NCBI RefSeq assembly: GCF_004010195.1
Contig: NC_057718.1
Location: forward strand, 85,614,664-85,678,663
Source of the DNA: Chiloscyllium plagiosum
Lineage: Eukaryota
Direction of reading: 5' to 3'
DNA: 64,000 nucleotides
A program made the translations under genes and the position numbers. The notes under the pieces are model-generated. The model was not told the DNA's origin, ran no database searches, and saw only the letters and a list, made by a program, of their open reading frames with translations. Shown piece by piece: positions 1 to 13,965 of the stretch. Each line of letters starts with the position of its first letter. The first letter of the stretch is position 1.

Positions 1-505
1 CGGGAGTCTTGGAGGAGGTGGAGGGCGTGGGTGGTGTCTCGAACGTATGTGGGGAGTTCCTGGACTAGGGGGGATAGGACAGTGTCGAGGTAGGTAGAGA
101 TGAGTTCAGTGGGGCAGGAGCATGCTGAGACAATGGGTCGGCCAGGGTGGTCAGGCTTGTGGATCTTGGGAAGGAGGTAGAACCGGGCAGTGAGGGATTC
201 CCGGACTATGAGGTTGGAAGCTGTGGGTGGGAGATCTCCTGAGGTGATGAGGTTCTGTATGGTCTGGGAGATGATGGTTTGGTGATGGGGGGTGGGGTCA
301 TGGTCGAAGGGGCAGTAGGAAGGGGCAGTATGGTCGAGTTGGCATTTGGCTTCAGCGGTGTAGGGGTCAGTGTACCAGACTACCACTGCACCCCCTTTAT
401 CCACTGGCTTGATGGTGAGGCTGGGATTGGAGCAGAGGGATTGGAGGGCTGCGTGTTGTGAGGGAGTGGGGAGGGGGGTAGACAGGTTGTGGCGGTTAAT
501 GTCAG
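1..505 (-). mobile_element. Penelope-like retroelement RT fragment (runs off window start)
   Basis: Minus strand translates LPKIHKPDHPGRPIVSACSCPTELISTYLD...LPTYVRDTTHAL, the typical PLE RT motif region. Confidence 0.85.
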
Positions 506-1001
506 CCTAACTTTTTTATCTGAAGAATGGACCCACTAATAACCATCTTCATTACATTTGAACAAACAATCTTCCAACTCAGAGGCAAGAAAGTGCTACC
601 ACCGAGCCATGGTTGACACCCTTACAACTTTAACCAACTTTGAAAATTCTAAGTAAAAGAGAGCGCGTCTAAAAATAGAGTCTCCTCAGTCCAGTCAACG
701 TCAGGTAATGGGAAGTAGCGTCATGCTCAATTGTTCTTCTGTCCCTTTAAAGATCTTGGTTGACTTGTGCATTTCCAGCATTATTGACCAGCTCTTGTGA
801 CTTAATGGATGTTACATCTGTTTCAGTGTTTAGCAGTCTTTTGGTATAAATCCCATTTCAGAGTTCTTAAGAACATAATCTAAGTTCTCAATCCCTGTGT
901 AGACTGAATGAATGCTACACTGTTGGTAGTACTGTCTTTCAGAAACAGTGCTAAGCCAGGATCTCATCTCACCTTGAGTTGCTGTAAAAAGATTCCATTT
1001 C

Positions 1002-1007
1002 TTTATT
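1002..1007 (-). terminator. Candidate poly(A) signal of the cystatin gene
   Basis: AATAAA on the minus strand about 470 nt past the stop codon; no transcript support. Confidence 0.3.
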
Positions 1008-1472
1008 TTGAAGAACAGACGACAGTTGATTTGACCAATGCTGATACAAGACATTGCACAAAATGTTTGCCAATATTCCTATATTACAAAAGCAGCTACA
1101 CTTTTCAAAAGCACTTTGTTGTAAATCTCTTTGGGATATTCTGAGCTTGCAAAAAGATCTATAAAATGCAATGCCTTATTCAACATCACCAATAACTCAT
1201 TTGAAATGTGTTGGTTGATACCATTAAGGCAAAGAAAAAAACCATCGAAAAAACAGTGTACGGCTTCCAATAGCAGCAGCTGTATTCTTTAAAGTGTAAA
1301 AGTATGGCCATTTCTAGATGAGGAGGAGTTCTTCATGAATTATGCAGGACACTGAATCTTCTCTTCAACACTTCAGGCAGAAAACAGAAATGGTGAAATT
1401 GAATAGTAACTCCACCACTCTGTGGAAATGCTTCAAGTATTAGCACAGGGAACGAATACAGTCCTGAAGGAT

Positions 1473-1550
1473 TCACTGGCAACTTGTTGCAATCACTTTC
1501 CAACTTTGTTTCCATAAAACAACCCAGAGTTCAAAATGACAAGTCAACCG
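1473..1550 (-). CDS. cst7: Cystatin F-like, exon 4 (terminal)
   Basis: Acceptor tttttcttttag, phase 0; RLTCHFELWVVLWKQSWKVIATSCQ*, aligning with the cystatin F C-terminus TLSCYSEVWVVPWLQHFEVPVLRCH including the second disulfide pair. Confidence 0.9.
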   Translation of the reverse strand, partial: RLTCHFELWVVLWKQSWKVIATSCQ

Positions 1551-1601
1551 CTAAAAGAAAAATGTACAAGGTTAGTGGAAGGGCAGTACAAGAAAATGTA
1601 A

Positions 1602-1921
1602 TAGAATCCCCACAGTATGGCAGCAGGCCACTCAGCCCATATTGATTCTTCAAAAAGCAGCCCCCCCTCCCCCCCCCCCCGCTTCCCCCAGACCCACCCC
1701 ATCCCTATAACCCTGCATTTCTCGTGGCTAATTCCTGGACACTATGAGCAATTTAGCACAGCCAATTAATCTAACCTGCACATCTTTGGACTGCGGGAAG
1801 AAACCCGCACAGATGTGGGGAGAATGTACAAACTCCACATAGGCAGTTGCCCAAGGCTAGAATTGAAACCAGATTCCTGGTGCTATGAGGCAGCAGTGCT
1901 AACCACTGAGCCACTGTGCCA
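1602..1921 (-). mobile_element. HE1-type (V-SINE) tRNA-derived SINE
   Basis: Reverse complement begins GTGGCACAGTGGCTCAGTGGTTAGCACTGCTGCC (pol III A box), followed by the V-domain GTGGAGTTTG.ACATTCTCCCC. Confidence 0.8.
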
Positions 1922-2569
1922 CTCACTAATAAATTAAAAATTGATATAAATTACAAATAAAAATTCATTTTACAGAATCATGCAGTAAACAATTGTACAA
2001 GCCTGAAGGTTACAATTTTGCAATCATGTCAGTGTTAGCTTTTTGAAAGGGCTTTCCAATTAGTTTCACACATGTGCTCTCAATAGCATTGTTACAGTAG
2101 CAATTAATTTGGAAAGCTCCCACCTGATAAAGGATCAGTGTATTCTGTCAAATCCTTCTTCTGTTGTTTCAATTTGTACTGTGGGAATCAGCAATCAGGG
2201 AACATTGTAACATTCAGGGAACAGAAATATTCCAAAGGGTTGTTCCATTTGCATTCCACTTTGATAGTTCCAAAATATTACTCATATCCAGGAACAAGGG
2301 TGAGTCATGTTAGGGCAATTTTGGGGCCAGTTTGTTCGAGAAAACAGATACAGAGGTAAACTCCACACAGAAACGGATGGTTTAGCTGGACTGCTGAAAA
2401 GGCAATGAACTGTACTGAGTCTGTGCAGTTGGGACTCAGTGAGAAATATATGGCTTTTGGATGGCTCTATGCTTTTAGAAGTTCTAGAAATTTGAGATGT
2501 TTGAGTCAGGGCTCCAGAAAAAGGTCCTGGGATCTGTGAGTGCTCAGAAGAAAGTATGATATTAGCGAT

Positions 2570-3010
2570 TTTTGAGAAGATTTATAGCTCAGGTTGATGA
2601 TAAGTCTGTAAGTTTGCTCGCTGAGCTTGAAGGTTTGTTTTCAGATGTTTTGTCAACATACTAGGTAACATCATCAGTGAGAGTCTTCGGTGAGGCGCTG
2701 GTGGTATGTCCCACCTCTCTATTTATAGGTCTTGGTTTCTTAAGGTGGGTAATGTCATTTCCGGTTCTTTTTTCCAAGGGAAGGTAGATAGAGTCTAAAT
2801 CGATGTGTTTATTGATGGAGTTCTGGTTAGAATGCCATGCTTCCTGAAGAAGGGCCTGTGCCCGAAACGTCGAATCTCCTGTTCCCTGGATGCTGCCTGA
2901 CCTGCTGTGCTGTTCCAGCAATAAAGTTTCAACTTTGATCTCCAGCATCTGCAGACCTCACTTTCTCCTTAGAATGCCATGCCTCTAAGAATTCTCATGC
3001 GTGTCTTTGT
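2570..3010 (-). mobile_element. Penelope-like terminal fragment carrying a nested 128-bp insert (2841-2968)
   Basis: Minus-strand EAWHSNQNSINKHIDLDSIYLPL resembles a PLE C-terminus; the nested insert is flanked by the direct repeat TTAGAATGCCATGC (2827-2840, 2969-2982). Confidence 0.7.
2841..2874 (+). ncRNA. Minimal type I hammerhead ribozyme motif
   Basis: TTC-CTGAAGA-A-GGGC ctgt GCCC-GAAAC-GTC-GAA: both core boxes, stem II, GUC cleavage triplet and TTC/GAA stem I. Confidence 0.7.
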
Positions 3011-3011
3011 T

Positions 3012-3480
3012 TGGAGAATTGGAGAGTATAGAAAAGATTTACAGGGATGTTACTAGGACTGGAGAATTTGAGGTATAAGGAGAGACTAGATAAACTGAGA
3101 CTTTATACACTGGAGAGTAGGAGGCTAAGGGGTGACCTTCTGGAGGTTGATAAGTTCATGAAGGACATAGATACAGTGAAAGGCAAGGGACTTTTCCCTG
3201 CAGTAGGGGAGTTCAAAACTAGAGGACACAATTTTAAGGTGAGAGGAGAAAGATTTAAAAGGGACCTGAGGGGCAACTTTTTCACAGAACGTGGAATGAG
3301 CTGCCAGAGGAAATGGTAGATGCAGGTATAGTTACAAAATTTAAAAAGATATTTGGATAGGTACGTGAATAGAAAAGGTTTAGAAGAGTAACTGCCAAAT
3401 GCAGGCAAATAGGACTGGTTTAGTTTGGTCAGCATGGATGAGTTGGATGGAAGGGTCTGTTTCCGTGTTCTATGACTCTA
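3012..3480 (+). mobile_element. CR1 LINE 3' end
   Basis: LESRRLRGDLLEV...TRGHNFKVRGERF ORF2 C-terminus and a CTATGA-type tail. Confidence 0.85.
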
Positions 3481-3829
3481 TTACCTTCTTTAGAATTTTA
3501 AGGCACTAGACATGTTCAATAAAACTGAGTATGATTAGACCTAATGAAAAATTTAAGGGGTGATATTAAATTGGTGAAGCTCACTGTTTCTGAAAAGGTG
3601 GGGTTGTAGCCTGAGGAAATGCAGTTTCGAATAATGCAGGGATGTGTAGCCCCCCCCAAAGCAGAGATGGACCAGAGTAATCTATGACTGTTGACAGTCT
3701 ATGATGCTCCATCCAGTCCATGGATGGATATTTAGTTCAAACACCAACAGGTTTGTTAGGTTAACAACAAAACTCAGAGAACAATGATACAGGACGTCAG
3801 AGTCAGACAGTCTACAGCACAGAATAAAG

Positions 3830-6330
3830 CCCTTCAGTGCATTTTTGTACCACTCAAAAACCATCTAATTATGGTCAGCCCATTTTCCAGAAACTGCCTG
3901 ATAGCCTTGTATTTTTTCATATTGCAAGAGCACATCGAAACATTCCTTCAATGTGATGAGAGCTTCTGCCTCTAGCACCTCCACAGGCAGTGGGTTCCAG
4001 ATTCCCACCACCCTTTGTGTGAAAATGCTTTTCCTCACATGCCCTTTAAGCCTCCGGTCCGTACCTTAAGTCTATGTCCCTGGTCATCGAAACCTCCACC
4101 AATGAGAACAGTTTCCTCATGTCTATGCCCTCGTTATCTTATGCATATCAAATCATGTCCCGTCCCCCCCCAGTTTCCTCTGCTCCAAGGAAATCAACTC
4201 CAGTTCATCCAATCTCTTAGACCATAAGACCCTATGAGATATGAACAGGAGTAGGTTGTTCAGTCCTTAAGGCGGTTGCACCATTCAATAGGATCATGGC
4301 TGATCCGAGATTCCTCATGTCTACTTTCCTGCCCATCCCCATTACCCTTGATTCCCCGACTCATCAAGCATCTATCCCAGCCTTAATTATACACAAGGAT
4401 TCCGACCCCACAGCTCTCTGTGGCAAGGACTTCCAATGACACCCAGATGAGGTGAAGATACTCCTCATCTCAGACTTAAATTGACAACCCCTTATTCTAA
4501 GTCTATGCTCTCTGGTCCTAGGTTCTCCCATGAGGGGAAACATTCTCTTAGAATTTACCTTGTCAAGCCCCTTAAGAATCATACATGTTTTACTGAGATC
4601 ATCACTGATTCTTCTAAACTCCAGTGAGTGGAGTCCCAGCCTGTATAGATGTTTCTCAGAAAACAATCCCTCCATACTGGGGATCATCCAAGTGAATCTT
4701 CTCTGAAAACTGCCTCCAATGCAATGATATATTTCCTTAAATAAAGGCAACAATTTTACATTTTATCACATTACACTCCATTTGTCAACTTTTTGCTCAT
4801 TTATTTAATCTATTAATAGCTCCTTGCAAACTGTTTGCATCCTGTTTTCCATGTATTTCTATCATCTGCAAACAAATTTGGCTACAGTTATTAATATACA
4901 TAAATTGTAAACATTTGCAGTCCCAGCACTGATCCCTGTGGAACTGCACTGGTTCTAGGTTGCCAATCTGAAAAAGAACTCCATATCCCCGCTCCCCATT
5001 TCTTGCCCATTGGCCAATTCTTTATCCATCGATATTCTACTTCCAACATCATGGGCTCTTATGACAACTTTCATTGAGGTACCTTGTTGAATGCCTTCTG
5101 GAAGTCCAAATACAACACATCTACTGGTTCCCCTCTATCCACTCTGGTTGAGAATTCCTCTAAATACACCAATAAATTAGTCATATGTGATTTCTCCTTC
5201 ATGAAGCCATGCCAATTTGCTTGATTAGACAATGATTTTCCAAGTTACTTTTCTAGAGATAGAGATAGTACTTAATTCCTCACCACTTATTCGTTAATAT
5301 TAGTAGAACTTTGATGTATCTTCCACCATACAGACTGATGCAAAATATCTGTTCAGCCCCTATGCCATTTCCTGTTCCTATCTCCACAGGTTCATTTTCT
5401 AAGGGGTCTTTTGTTCACTCTGATCTTTCTCTTCCTTTTTATGTATTTAGAGAAGCTTTTATTGTCAGGTTTCATATTCCTCATTAGTTTGCCTTCATAG
5501 TTTAATTTCTGTCTTTATTATCTTTTTAGTCATCTTTTGCTGGGTTCTGAATTTATTCCAGTCTTTGGGTCTGTCACTGACTTTGGGCTCCCCACATGCT
5601 TTTTCTTTCAAATTCATACTCTCCTTAATTTCCTTGGTTAGCCAAGGTGGCTTCTCCCTCTCTGAATATTTCCTCCTTACTAGGATACATTTTTACTGAG
5701 AGTCATTAATTACCCCTCTAATCTCAGGCACTGCTTGCTTACTATCATTTCTGCTGATCTGTCTGCCCAGTTAACTTTAACTATCCTTATTCCAATTTCA
5801 TTGTAATATTTAAATAATTGTTTCTAACCCACACTTCCCACACAAACCAAACTTGATTATGTTATGATCACTACTTCCCAGAGGACCTTTTACTGTGAGG
5901 TCATTTATTAAACCTGCCTCATTACCCATGACCAGATGCAAGATAGCCTGTTCCCTAATTGGCTGCATGACATATTGCTCTAGGAAACTATCCCTAATGC
6001 ACTGTATGAATTGATCCTCATAGCAACCTTTCTAATTTGATTAACCCAATCAACATGAAGATTAACATCACCCATAATTATTGCTCTATTCTTTTTAGGT
6101 GCTATTATTTGTTGATTTATAGCTTTTCCCAGAGGGGCTACTGTTTGGAGTCTATACACAACCAATGTCTTCTTTCTCTTGCTACTTGTTTTAAAACATT
6201 CCCTCAAATAGACTCTACATGAACTGATCAGAGAATGTCTCTCACTCTGTCCTAATTTCATCTCTTATTATAGTGCCATCCCACCACCTTTTCCATCCTG
6301 CCCATCTCTCTGAAAGGTCAAATATTCCTG
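3830..6330 (-). mobile_element. Decayed CR1 LINE fragments (at least two copies)
   Basis: LHSLEFRRISDDL and RTREHRLRIRG ORF2 tail; endonuclease-like IIMGDVNLHVDW near 6050. Confidence 0.7.
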
Positions 6331-9300
6331 AATTTCAAGTTTCTGTCTTGGTCATATTCATTTACTTTGATTTGTGCCATCAGTTTATTTACCCTTTTCT
6401 GAATGCTTTGTGACACAAAACCTTTCAGTTGGTTCTATTAATCAAATGTCCCTACTCTTATGGTTCGTTGGTAGAAGAAGACATTGTCAAGTTCTGTTCA
6501 ACAATCAGCCCCATCACTAACCTACAGTTCTACATTCTCCTTTACCTTTCATTTTTCTAATTTTTCATGCAACCAACAGCTCCTTCCTCCAGCGTGATTC
6601 AGCTGAATCCCATCCTATCAGATCAGTTCCCTTCTTCCTGACTACTAGGACCAATGTGATATGAATTCAAACCCATGTCTCCCATCACTAAAATTCTCCA
6701 ACCCAGTCAACATCTTGGTAAATCTCATTTTCACCCTCTCCAGTGTAATGCAATACGAATTTCAGAATTGCATCATCTCTGCATTTAAACTAATGCCTTG
6801 ACTAATAAAGACAGCTAATCCTTACTCCTTCTTTATCTACCTGTCCTGGTCAACATACAACCCAAGGTCCCTGGTTTCTGATTTACAGCGTTCGCAGTTC
6901 TTTCTGTTTTTATTAAGGTCCCTCAGAGTCCTTCATCAAGTTCAACCATAAAGGCTGAAGAAAACAAAGGTGGAGTAAAGAGATGTAAAATTAAATGGAC
7001 AATTAAGGAAATATAAATATGGCTACTTACTGATTTTATTTGTACCAAAGTGGAGTTGCCGTGTGCAATTTCTGTGCAAGTACTGCCCAGTACACCTGAA
7101 ATCCTTCAATTTGAAGAAACATTTAGTTACTGAACATGAGCAACTGAGGACCCGAAATGCTTATATTCTTTTAAGCAAAAGGCCATGGAAATGTTCAGTA
7201 CCAAAATGCAATCTGCAGTTACAACAAAAGAAAATCTTATGGTCTCACTTACTTAATGGCACAGAGAATTGATTTTTAAAAAGCTTGCAATTGTTGAGGA
7301 GTTGTTAATGCCATTTGAGCTTAAAATCATAAGGGAAATGTTTGGAAAGCAGAAGCAGCATCATCAATAGGAAAACAATGTCAAGCGACAGTTTTGTGAT
7401 GCATTGATTGTCTGCATAACAATTACCTTGTTGTTTACTGGCGTTCAGATGACATTTTGACATCGTCAAAGGAATTAATAACTTCAGTAGTGATCAGTCA
7501 GACAAATTGCATGGGGGATGGGGTCTGCATCGATGGAGTTTTAGCAGCAACTAAAAAGCATCGCATTTGTAAAATAAAAATTAAGACAATACACCTTGAG
7601 TAATGGCCAGACCTGCAAAGAATGGTATATTTCCTTTGCTCAGGGGCAGTATTGAGAAAAGCCCTACCTCGTTCACTAGTTTATGGTGGCTGGCATCCTG
7701 GTCAACCTTACTGAAACAAACTTTATATTTTAGATTTATTAATTGAGTTTAAGCTCATAGAATCCTACAATATAGAAAAAGCCCTTCAGCCCATCAAGTT
7801 TGTACCATCAAAAATATACTACACCGTGGACGAAAGGGGCTGTTGTGGTGTGATGATAGAATCCCTGCCTCTGAGCTGGGAGACCCAGGTACAAGTCCCA
7901 CCTGCACCAAAGGTGTGTAGTAACACCTCTGAGAAGTTTGAGGAGGAAAATACCTATACCTTGAGCTATCTGGAATATTTGCTTATTTCCACTGAGATCG
8001 TTCCTGCAAGAGATTCCTTCATGGAGCTTGGAAGGGGCAGGTGAAGAGGTGGGTAGCTGAGGCAGGAAAGCTGTCTTACTACTGGGACAGTTTCCCCACA
8101 GCAGGATTAGAGAGTAGGCTAGCCACTCCTGTTCAATCAACCTGTTCAAAGATGTTATTGACATGCCACTGGGGTAGATGGGACTTGAACCTGGGTCTCC
8201 CAGTTCAGATATAGGAACTGTACCACTGTATCACATGAGCCACCTCAACCCCCCACCATGTCAAGGAGACAGTTAAATCAATTTATAATTCAAACTCCAA
8301 TTGATGGTTGCCTTATGGGGCTAATGAGCATTCTGTCATAGTGGAGGAGCTTCCATGATGTTTGGACACCATAATGGAAATGGCTTTCCTGTCCTAGCCA
8401 GGAGGAAGACCATCCAATTTAGAGGTTTCTTAGTCCACAGACACGACTGTGGGCAGGAATAGCAGCCCCACAGTCCTGACTAATCTCTGTGGAAGGATTT
8501 CCCCTCTTTCCCATGGGGCCTCTGTCCTAAATGTCTTATCTTAAAAGATCTGAGGTGCTTCCATTTTAAAAGGCCACAGCCTAGTCTTTAGCAGTGATCA
8601 CCCTGTGAACTCTTTGAGCCCCATCAATCTTAATTAGAAGGTGTCAGTAGAAAAAATGATTTCCTGACTCTACTCAGTCCAAGTCTTACTCCGATCATAT
8701 CAAGCCTTGTTGAGGCCACACCTGGCGTATTGCGTACTTTGACTGATTCTGAGATGCTGCGATTGTCCTGTGAGGAGACATTGAAGGAACAGGACCTGCA
8801 ATCACTGACATTTAGATGACGTGGCCTTATTTAAGCATGCAAAGTTCTTACGGGGTTTGACAGGCGAGAAAAGTGGTTCACCTGCCTGGGGAATCTAGAA
8901 CAAGGGACAATCTCAAAATAAGAGGTAGCACTGAGATTTGGAGCAATTTATTCATTTGGAGAGTGTACACTTTAGAACTCTCTAACCCAGAAGCAGATGG
9001 GGCTCAGTCAGAGAATTTACAAGCCAGATCGATGGTTTTTTTAGATATTAAAAATAATAAAGGAAATGGGAGTAGCATTAGGAAAAATTGCATTGAGGTT
9101 AAAGATCAGCCATGATCTAGTTAGATGGTGGTGTAGGCTTGTTAGTTGAATGGCTTACATTTGCACTAGTATCCTATGTTCCTCTCTCACCTCAAGCACC
9201 TGAGGCCCAGGATGGAATGCATATCCATGTGTTTTGTGGAATTTTGTAAGGAAGTGGGCAAGAGCACAATTTCTTGCTCAAAAAGAGAGAGGTGAAGTGG

Positions 9301-10664
9301 TGGCTCTCTCTCAAGGCAGAATGCTTATCTATATCTCTAAAATGATAAGAGACCAATTTGACAAGTTGCAGCAAGAACAACCTATAGTTTACTAGTTTGG
9401 TTACCTGACTGACACATTCATACAAAGGAATCTGTTGAATAAAAATGAAAAATAGAAGAACTCCATTCTGTCCAGCGTGAAAGAATTGATGTATTCGAAA
9501 GGAAAATCCTGAAGCTTTTTCTCTGTGGGGAGGGGATGGGAGTTGATATGTTTGAGCTCTAACATTCTTTGACATAATAAAGACTAACATATCAAAACCC
9601 ATGTTGATAGCACATCTTTCCAATCCATTTTCCAAATTCACCACAACCTTTCCTAGAATTCAAAACAGAACAACCTTGCACTTTCGTGGGCTACAAACCA
9701 TCCCATTAAAGAGAATAATGAAGCTAAACTGACATCCTCCTTCTCAGACATATTCAAAGAGCTCATTTAAGGATTACTTCTCTCAAAAAGCTCAGTGAAA
9801 TTCTGGTGGAGACATTTCAATGTGAATGCTCATATGAACACAGCGTCATTTTGGTCCATGGAATTCCAGCAATGACATCAAGGAAGACAAAATATCAAGC
9901 CAAGATGAACCTTGCACACATGCACATTTGCTTGTAGGAGATTGTAATGGAAAATTAACAAAATTAATATTTACTCTGAAATCCATTTACTCTGAAATCT
10001 GAAAGACAATGCTTTACTAAATTTAAAACTTTCTGACATTTTGCTGAAGTCTGCAGTCGAGGGACAGCTTGTCTCTGCGGAACTTTGTAAATATTCAACA
10101 AGAGAAAAATATATGAACAGTATGTCCACAAAAAGGAAATGAAAAGAATAACAACTCAAATCTTCACAGTCATTATCGTTGAAAGCATGATAAGAAACAG
10201 TATAAGACAAGTATATGAATTATGCTCAGGGCCCTTGCACAAGACATTTTTGTCAAGTGCAGGTGGTCCCTCTGCAATGCAGAGGTTAAAATTAATAGAG
10301 CTCTTTTTGGTTGCTCTTGCTAATAGTTGAGTCGAGTTAATTTAACTTCCACGACAGTAAACTTCAATTGCAATCGCTGAGCACCAGGAACAAATTTCAC
10401 ATTAACCAATGTCCAATTGTAAATTGTATAGCTAATTTTTTAAGATAGAAAAGATGTACTTTGTGCATATGTTGGAACATTCACTACATAAAATGGTGGT
10501 GCGGTTGGGGGGGCAAGTGATGGAAGAATGATGATCAGAAGCAAAACAATCTTCAGAACCAGTACTCTATTTCAATGTTGATAATTCAATTTAGTTTTGC
10601 CAGAGGGTTGTGATCAGTAGTAGTTCTTGACAAGTACAGGAACTCTGGTCAGTGTCTTATATTA

Positions 10665-13600
10665 ATCCAAGTCTGAGGTTTTGCTTAAGAAAAAGAAGGA
10701 AGCATATGTCAGGTGCAGACAACAGAGGTTGAGTGAATCCCGAGAAGAATATAAAGGCAGACACTTAAAGGGGAAATCAGGAGGGGAGAAAGGGGACATG
10801 AGATAGCTTTGGCAAATAGGGTTAAGGAGATTCCAAAGGGATTCTATAAACAAATTATGGACAAAAGGGTAACTAGGGAGAGAATAGGGCCCCTCAAAGA
10901 CCAGCAAGGCAGCCTATGTGTGGAACTGCAGGAGATGGGGGAGATTCTAAACAATGATCTTACATCACTGTTTGCTGTGGAGAAGGACATTGAGGATATA
11001 GAATGTGGAGAAATAGACGGTGATATCTTGAAAAATGTCCGTATTACAGAGGAGGTGGTGTTCGATGTCTTAAAATGTGTAAAGGTGGATAAATCCCAGG
11101 GACTGATCAGGTGTACCCTAGAACTCTAAGGGAAGCCAGGGAAATGAGATATTTGTATCATCAATAGTCACAAGTGAGGTGCTGGGAGACTGGAGGTTGG
11201 CTAACATTGTGCCACTATTTAAGAAAGGTGGTAAGGAAAAGCCAGGGAATTACAGACTGATGAGCCTGACATTGGTAGTGGGCAAATTGTTGGAGGGATT
11301 TGTGAGGGACAGGACTTACGTGTATTTGGAAAGGCAAGGACTGATTCGGGATAGCCAACATGGCTTTGTGTGTGGGAAATTATGTCTCACAAACCTAATT
11401 GAGTTTTTTGAAGAAGCAACAAAGAAGTTTGATGAGGGCAGAGTGGTGGACGTGATCTATATGCACTTCAGTAAGGTGTTTGCCAAGGTTCGTTATGGTA
11501 GACTGGTTGGCAAGGTTAGATCTCATGGAATACAGAGTGAACTAACCATTTGGAGACAGAACTGGCTCCAAGGTGGAAGACAGAGGGTGGTGGTGGAGGG
11601 TTGCCTTTCAGACTGGATGCCTGTGACCAGTGGTATGCCACAAGGATCAGTGCTGGATCCACTGCTTTTTGTCATTTAATATAAATGTTTGGATGTGAAC
11701 ATAGGAGGCATAGCTAGTAAGTTTGCAGATGACAGCAAAATTGAAGGTGTAATGGACAATGAAGAAAGTTGCCTCAGAATACAATGGGACTTGACCAGAT
11801 GGGCAAATGGGCTGAGGAGTGGTAGATGGAGTTTAATTTAGATAAATGTGAGGTGTTGCATTTTGGAAAGGCAAATTTCAGACCAAAGGAGTAGCCATGG
11901 GCACCTGCATGGGATCCAGTTAAGCCTGTCTCTTTGTTGGCTACGTGGAAAGGTCCATCTTCCGCAGTTACACTGGCACCATCCCTTACCTGTTCCTCCG
12001 CTATATCAATGACTGTATCGGCACCACCTTGTGCTCCCACAAGGAATTTGAACAGTTTGTCAACTTTACCAACACCTTCCACCTCGACTTCAAATTCACC
12101 TGGACCATCTCAGATACCTCCCTCCCCTTCCTGGACCTCTCCATCACTAGTGACTGACTAACCACAGACATCTACAATAAACCCACTGACTCCCACAGCT
12201 ACCTAGACTACACCTTCTCCCACCCTAACTCCTGTAAAAATGCCATCCCTTACTCCCAATTCCTCCGCCTCTACCCTATCTGTTCCCAGGATGGCCAATT
12301 CCACCTCAGAAAGTCCCAGATGGCCTCCTTCTTCCAAGATCGTAACTTCCCTTCTCACATGGTTGACGAAGCCCTCCAGTGCATCCCCTCCACTTCATGC
12401 ACCACTGCCCTTGAACCCTACCCCTACCCCTGCAACAAGGACAGAACCCTCTTGGTCATCACCTTCCACCCCACCAACCTCCGTATACATTGCACCACCC
12501 TCCGCCACTTCCACCACCTTCAAACAGATCCCACCACCAGTGATATATTTCCCTCCCTAACCCTATCAGCATTCTGAAAAGACCAATCCCTCCGTGACTC
12601 CCTCGTCATGCCTCCGCCCCCCCCCCCCCCCNNNNNNNNNNNNNNNNNNNNNNNNNNNNNNNNNNNNNNNNNNNNNNNNNNNNNNNNNNNNNNNNNNNNN
12701 NNNNNNNNNNNNNNNNNNNNNNNNNNNNNNNNNNNNNNNNNNNNNNNNNNNNNNNNNNNNNNNNNNNNNNNNNNNNNNNNNNNNNNNNNNNNNNNNNNNN
12801 NNNNNNNNNNNNNNNNNNNNNNNNNNNNNNNNNNNNNNNNNNNNNNNNNNNNNNNNNNNNNNNNNNNNNNNNNNNNNNNNNNNNNNNNNNNNNNNNNNNN
12901 NNNNNNNNNNNNNNNNNNNNNNNNNNNNNNNNNACCTGTCCATCATCTTTCCCACCTATCCGCTCCAACCCCCAACCTATCACCTTCTCCCTCACCTTCA
13001 TCCATTTATCGCTTTCTCAGCTACCCTCCCCTTCCCCCCTCCTCCACCACCTCCCATTTATCTCTCAGCACCCTGGCCCAAAAGCCTCATTCCTGTTGTA
13101 GGGCCTATGCCCGAACCGTCAATTCTCCTGCTCTTCGGATCCTGCTTGACCTGCTGTGCTTTTCCAGCAACACACTCTTGAGTCTGATCTCCAGCATCTG
13201 CAGTCTTCACTTTCGCCTGGGACTTATACACTTAATGGCAAGGTCCTGGGGAATGTTGCTGAACAAAGAGACCTTGGAGTGCAGGTTCACAGTCCTTGAA
13301 AGTAGAGTTGCAGGTAGATAGGATAGTGAAGAAAGCATTTGGTATGCTTTCCTTTACTGGTCAGAGTATTGAGTACAGGAGTTGGGAGATCATGTTTCAG
13401 CTGTACAGTACATTGGTTAGGCCACTTTTGGAATATTGTGTGCAGTTCTGATCTCCTTCCTATTGGAAGGATATTGTGAAACTTGAAAGGGTTCAGAAGA
13501 GATTTATAAGGATGTTGACAGGGTTGGAGGATTTGAGCTATAAGGAGAGGCTGGGGCTGCTTTCCCTGGAGCGTTGGAGGCTGAGGGGTGACCTTATAGA

Positions 13601-13965
13601 GGTTTACAAAATTATGAGGGGAATGGGTAGGGTAAATAGACAAAAGTCTTTTCCCTGGGGTTGGGGAGTCCAGATCTAGAGGGCATTGGTTTAGGGTGAG
13701 AGAGGAAAAATATAAAAGAGATCTAAGGGGCAACTTTTTCCTCATGGAAGGTGGTGAGTGTATGGAATGAGCTGCCAGAGGAAGTGGTGGAGGCTGGTAC
13801 AACTACAGCATTTAAAAGGTGTATGGATGGGTATATGAATAGAAAGGGTTTAGAGGGATATGGGCTAAAAGCTGGCAAATGGGACGTGATTAGATTAGGA
13901 TATCTGGTTGGTATGGACGAGTTGGACCAAAGGGTCTGTTTCCATGCTGTACATTTCTGTGACTC
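10665..13965 (+). mobile_element. CR1 LINE ORF2 (RT), split by a Penelope insertion
   Basis: DWRLANIVPLFKKG, PGNYR, QHGF, PQGSVL and KFADD motifs; the CR1 sequence breaks at about 11878 and resumes at about 13219. Confidence 0.9.
11880..13218 (+). mobile_element. Penelope-like element (RT C-terminal part and terminus) nested in CR1; contains gap 12632-12933
   Basis: GVAMG, FLRYINDCIG, LPFLDLSI and KPTDSHSYLDY motifs; degenerate hammerhead near 13093. Confidence 0.85.

Noticed and set aside
7031..7095. Exon-like segment on the minus strand in cystatin intron 3 (tttcag|GTG...TCA|gtaagt)
   Set aside because: In the phase required after exon 3 it hits a stop (VYWAVLAQKLHTATPLWYK*), it has no cystatin similarity, and the polypyrimidine tract is weak
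7063..7272. ORF with a C2H2-like pattern (FLCKYCP...LKKHLVTEH)
   Set aside because: Isolated short ORF with irregular spacing, an incomplete second finger and no splice support; probably chance
9192..9644. 150-aa minus-strand ORF
   Set aside because: No recognisable domain, non-ATG start and composition typical of intronic DNA
12566..13321. Long ORFs spanning N runs (also at 22697-23754 and 34714-35295)
   Set aside because: Artifacts of translating assembly gaps
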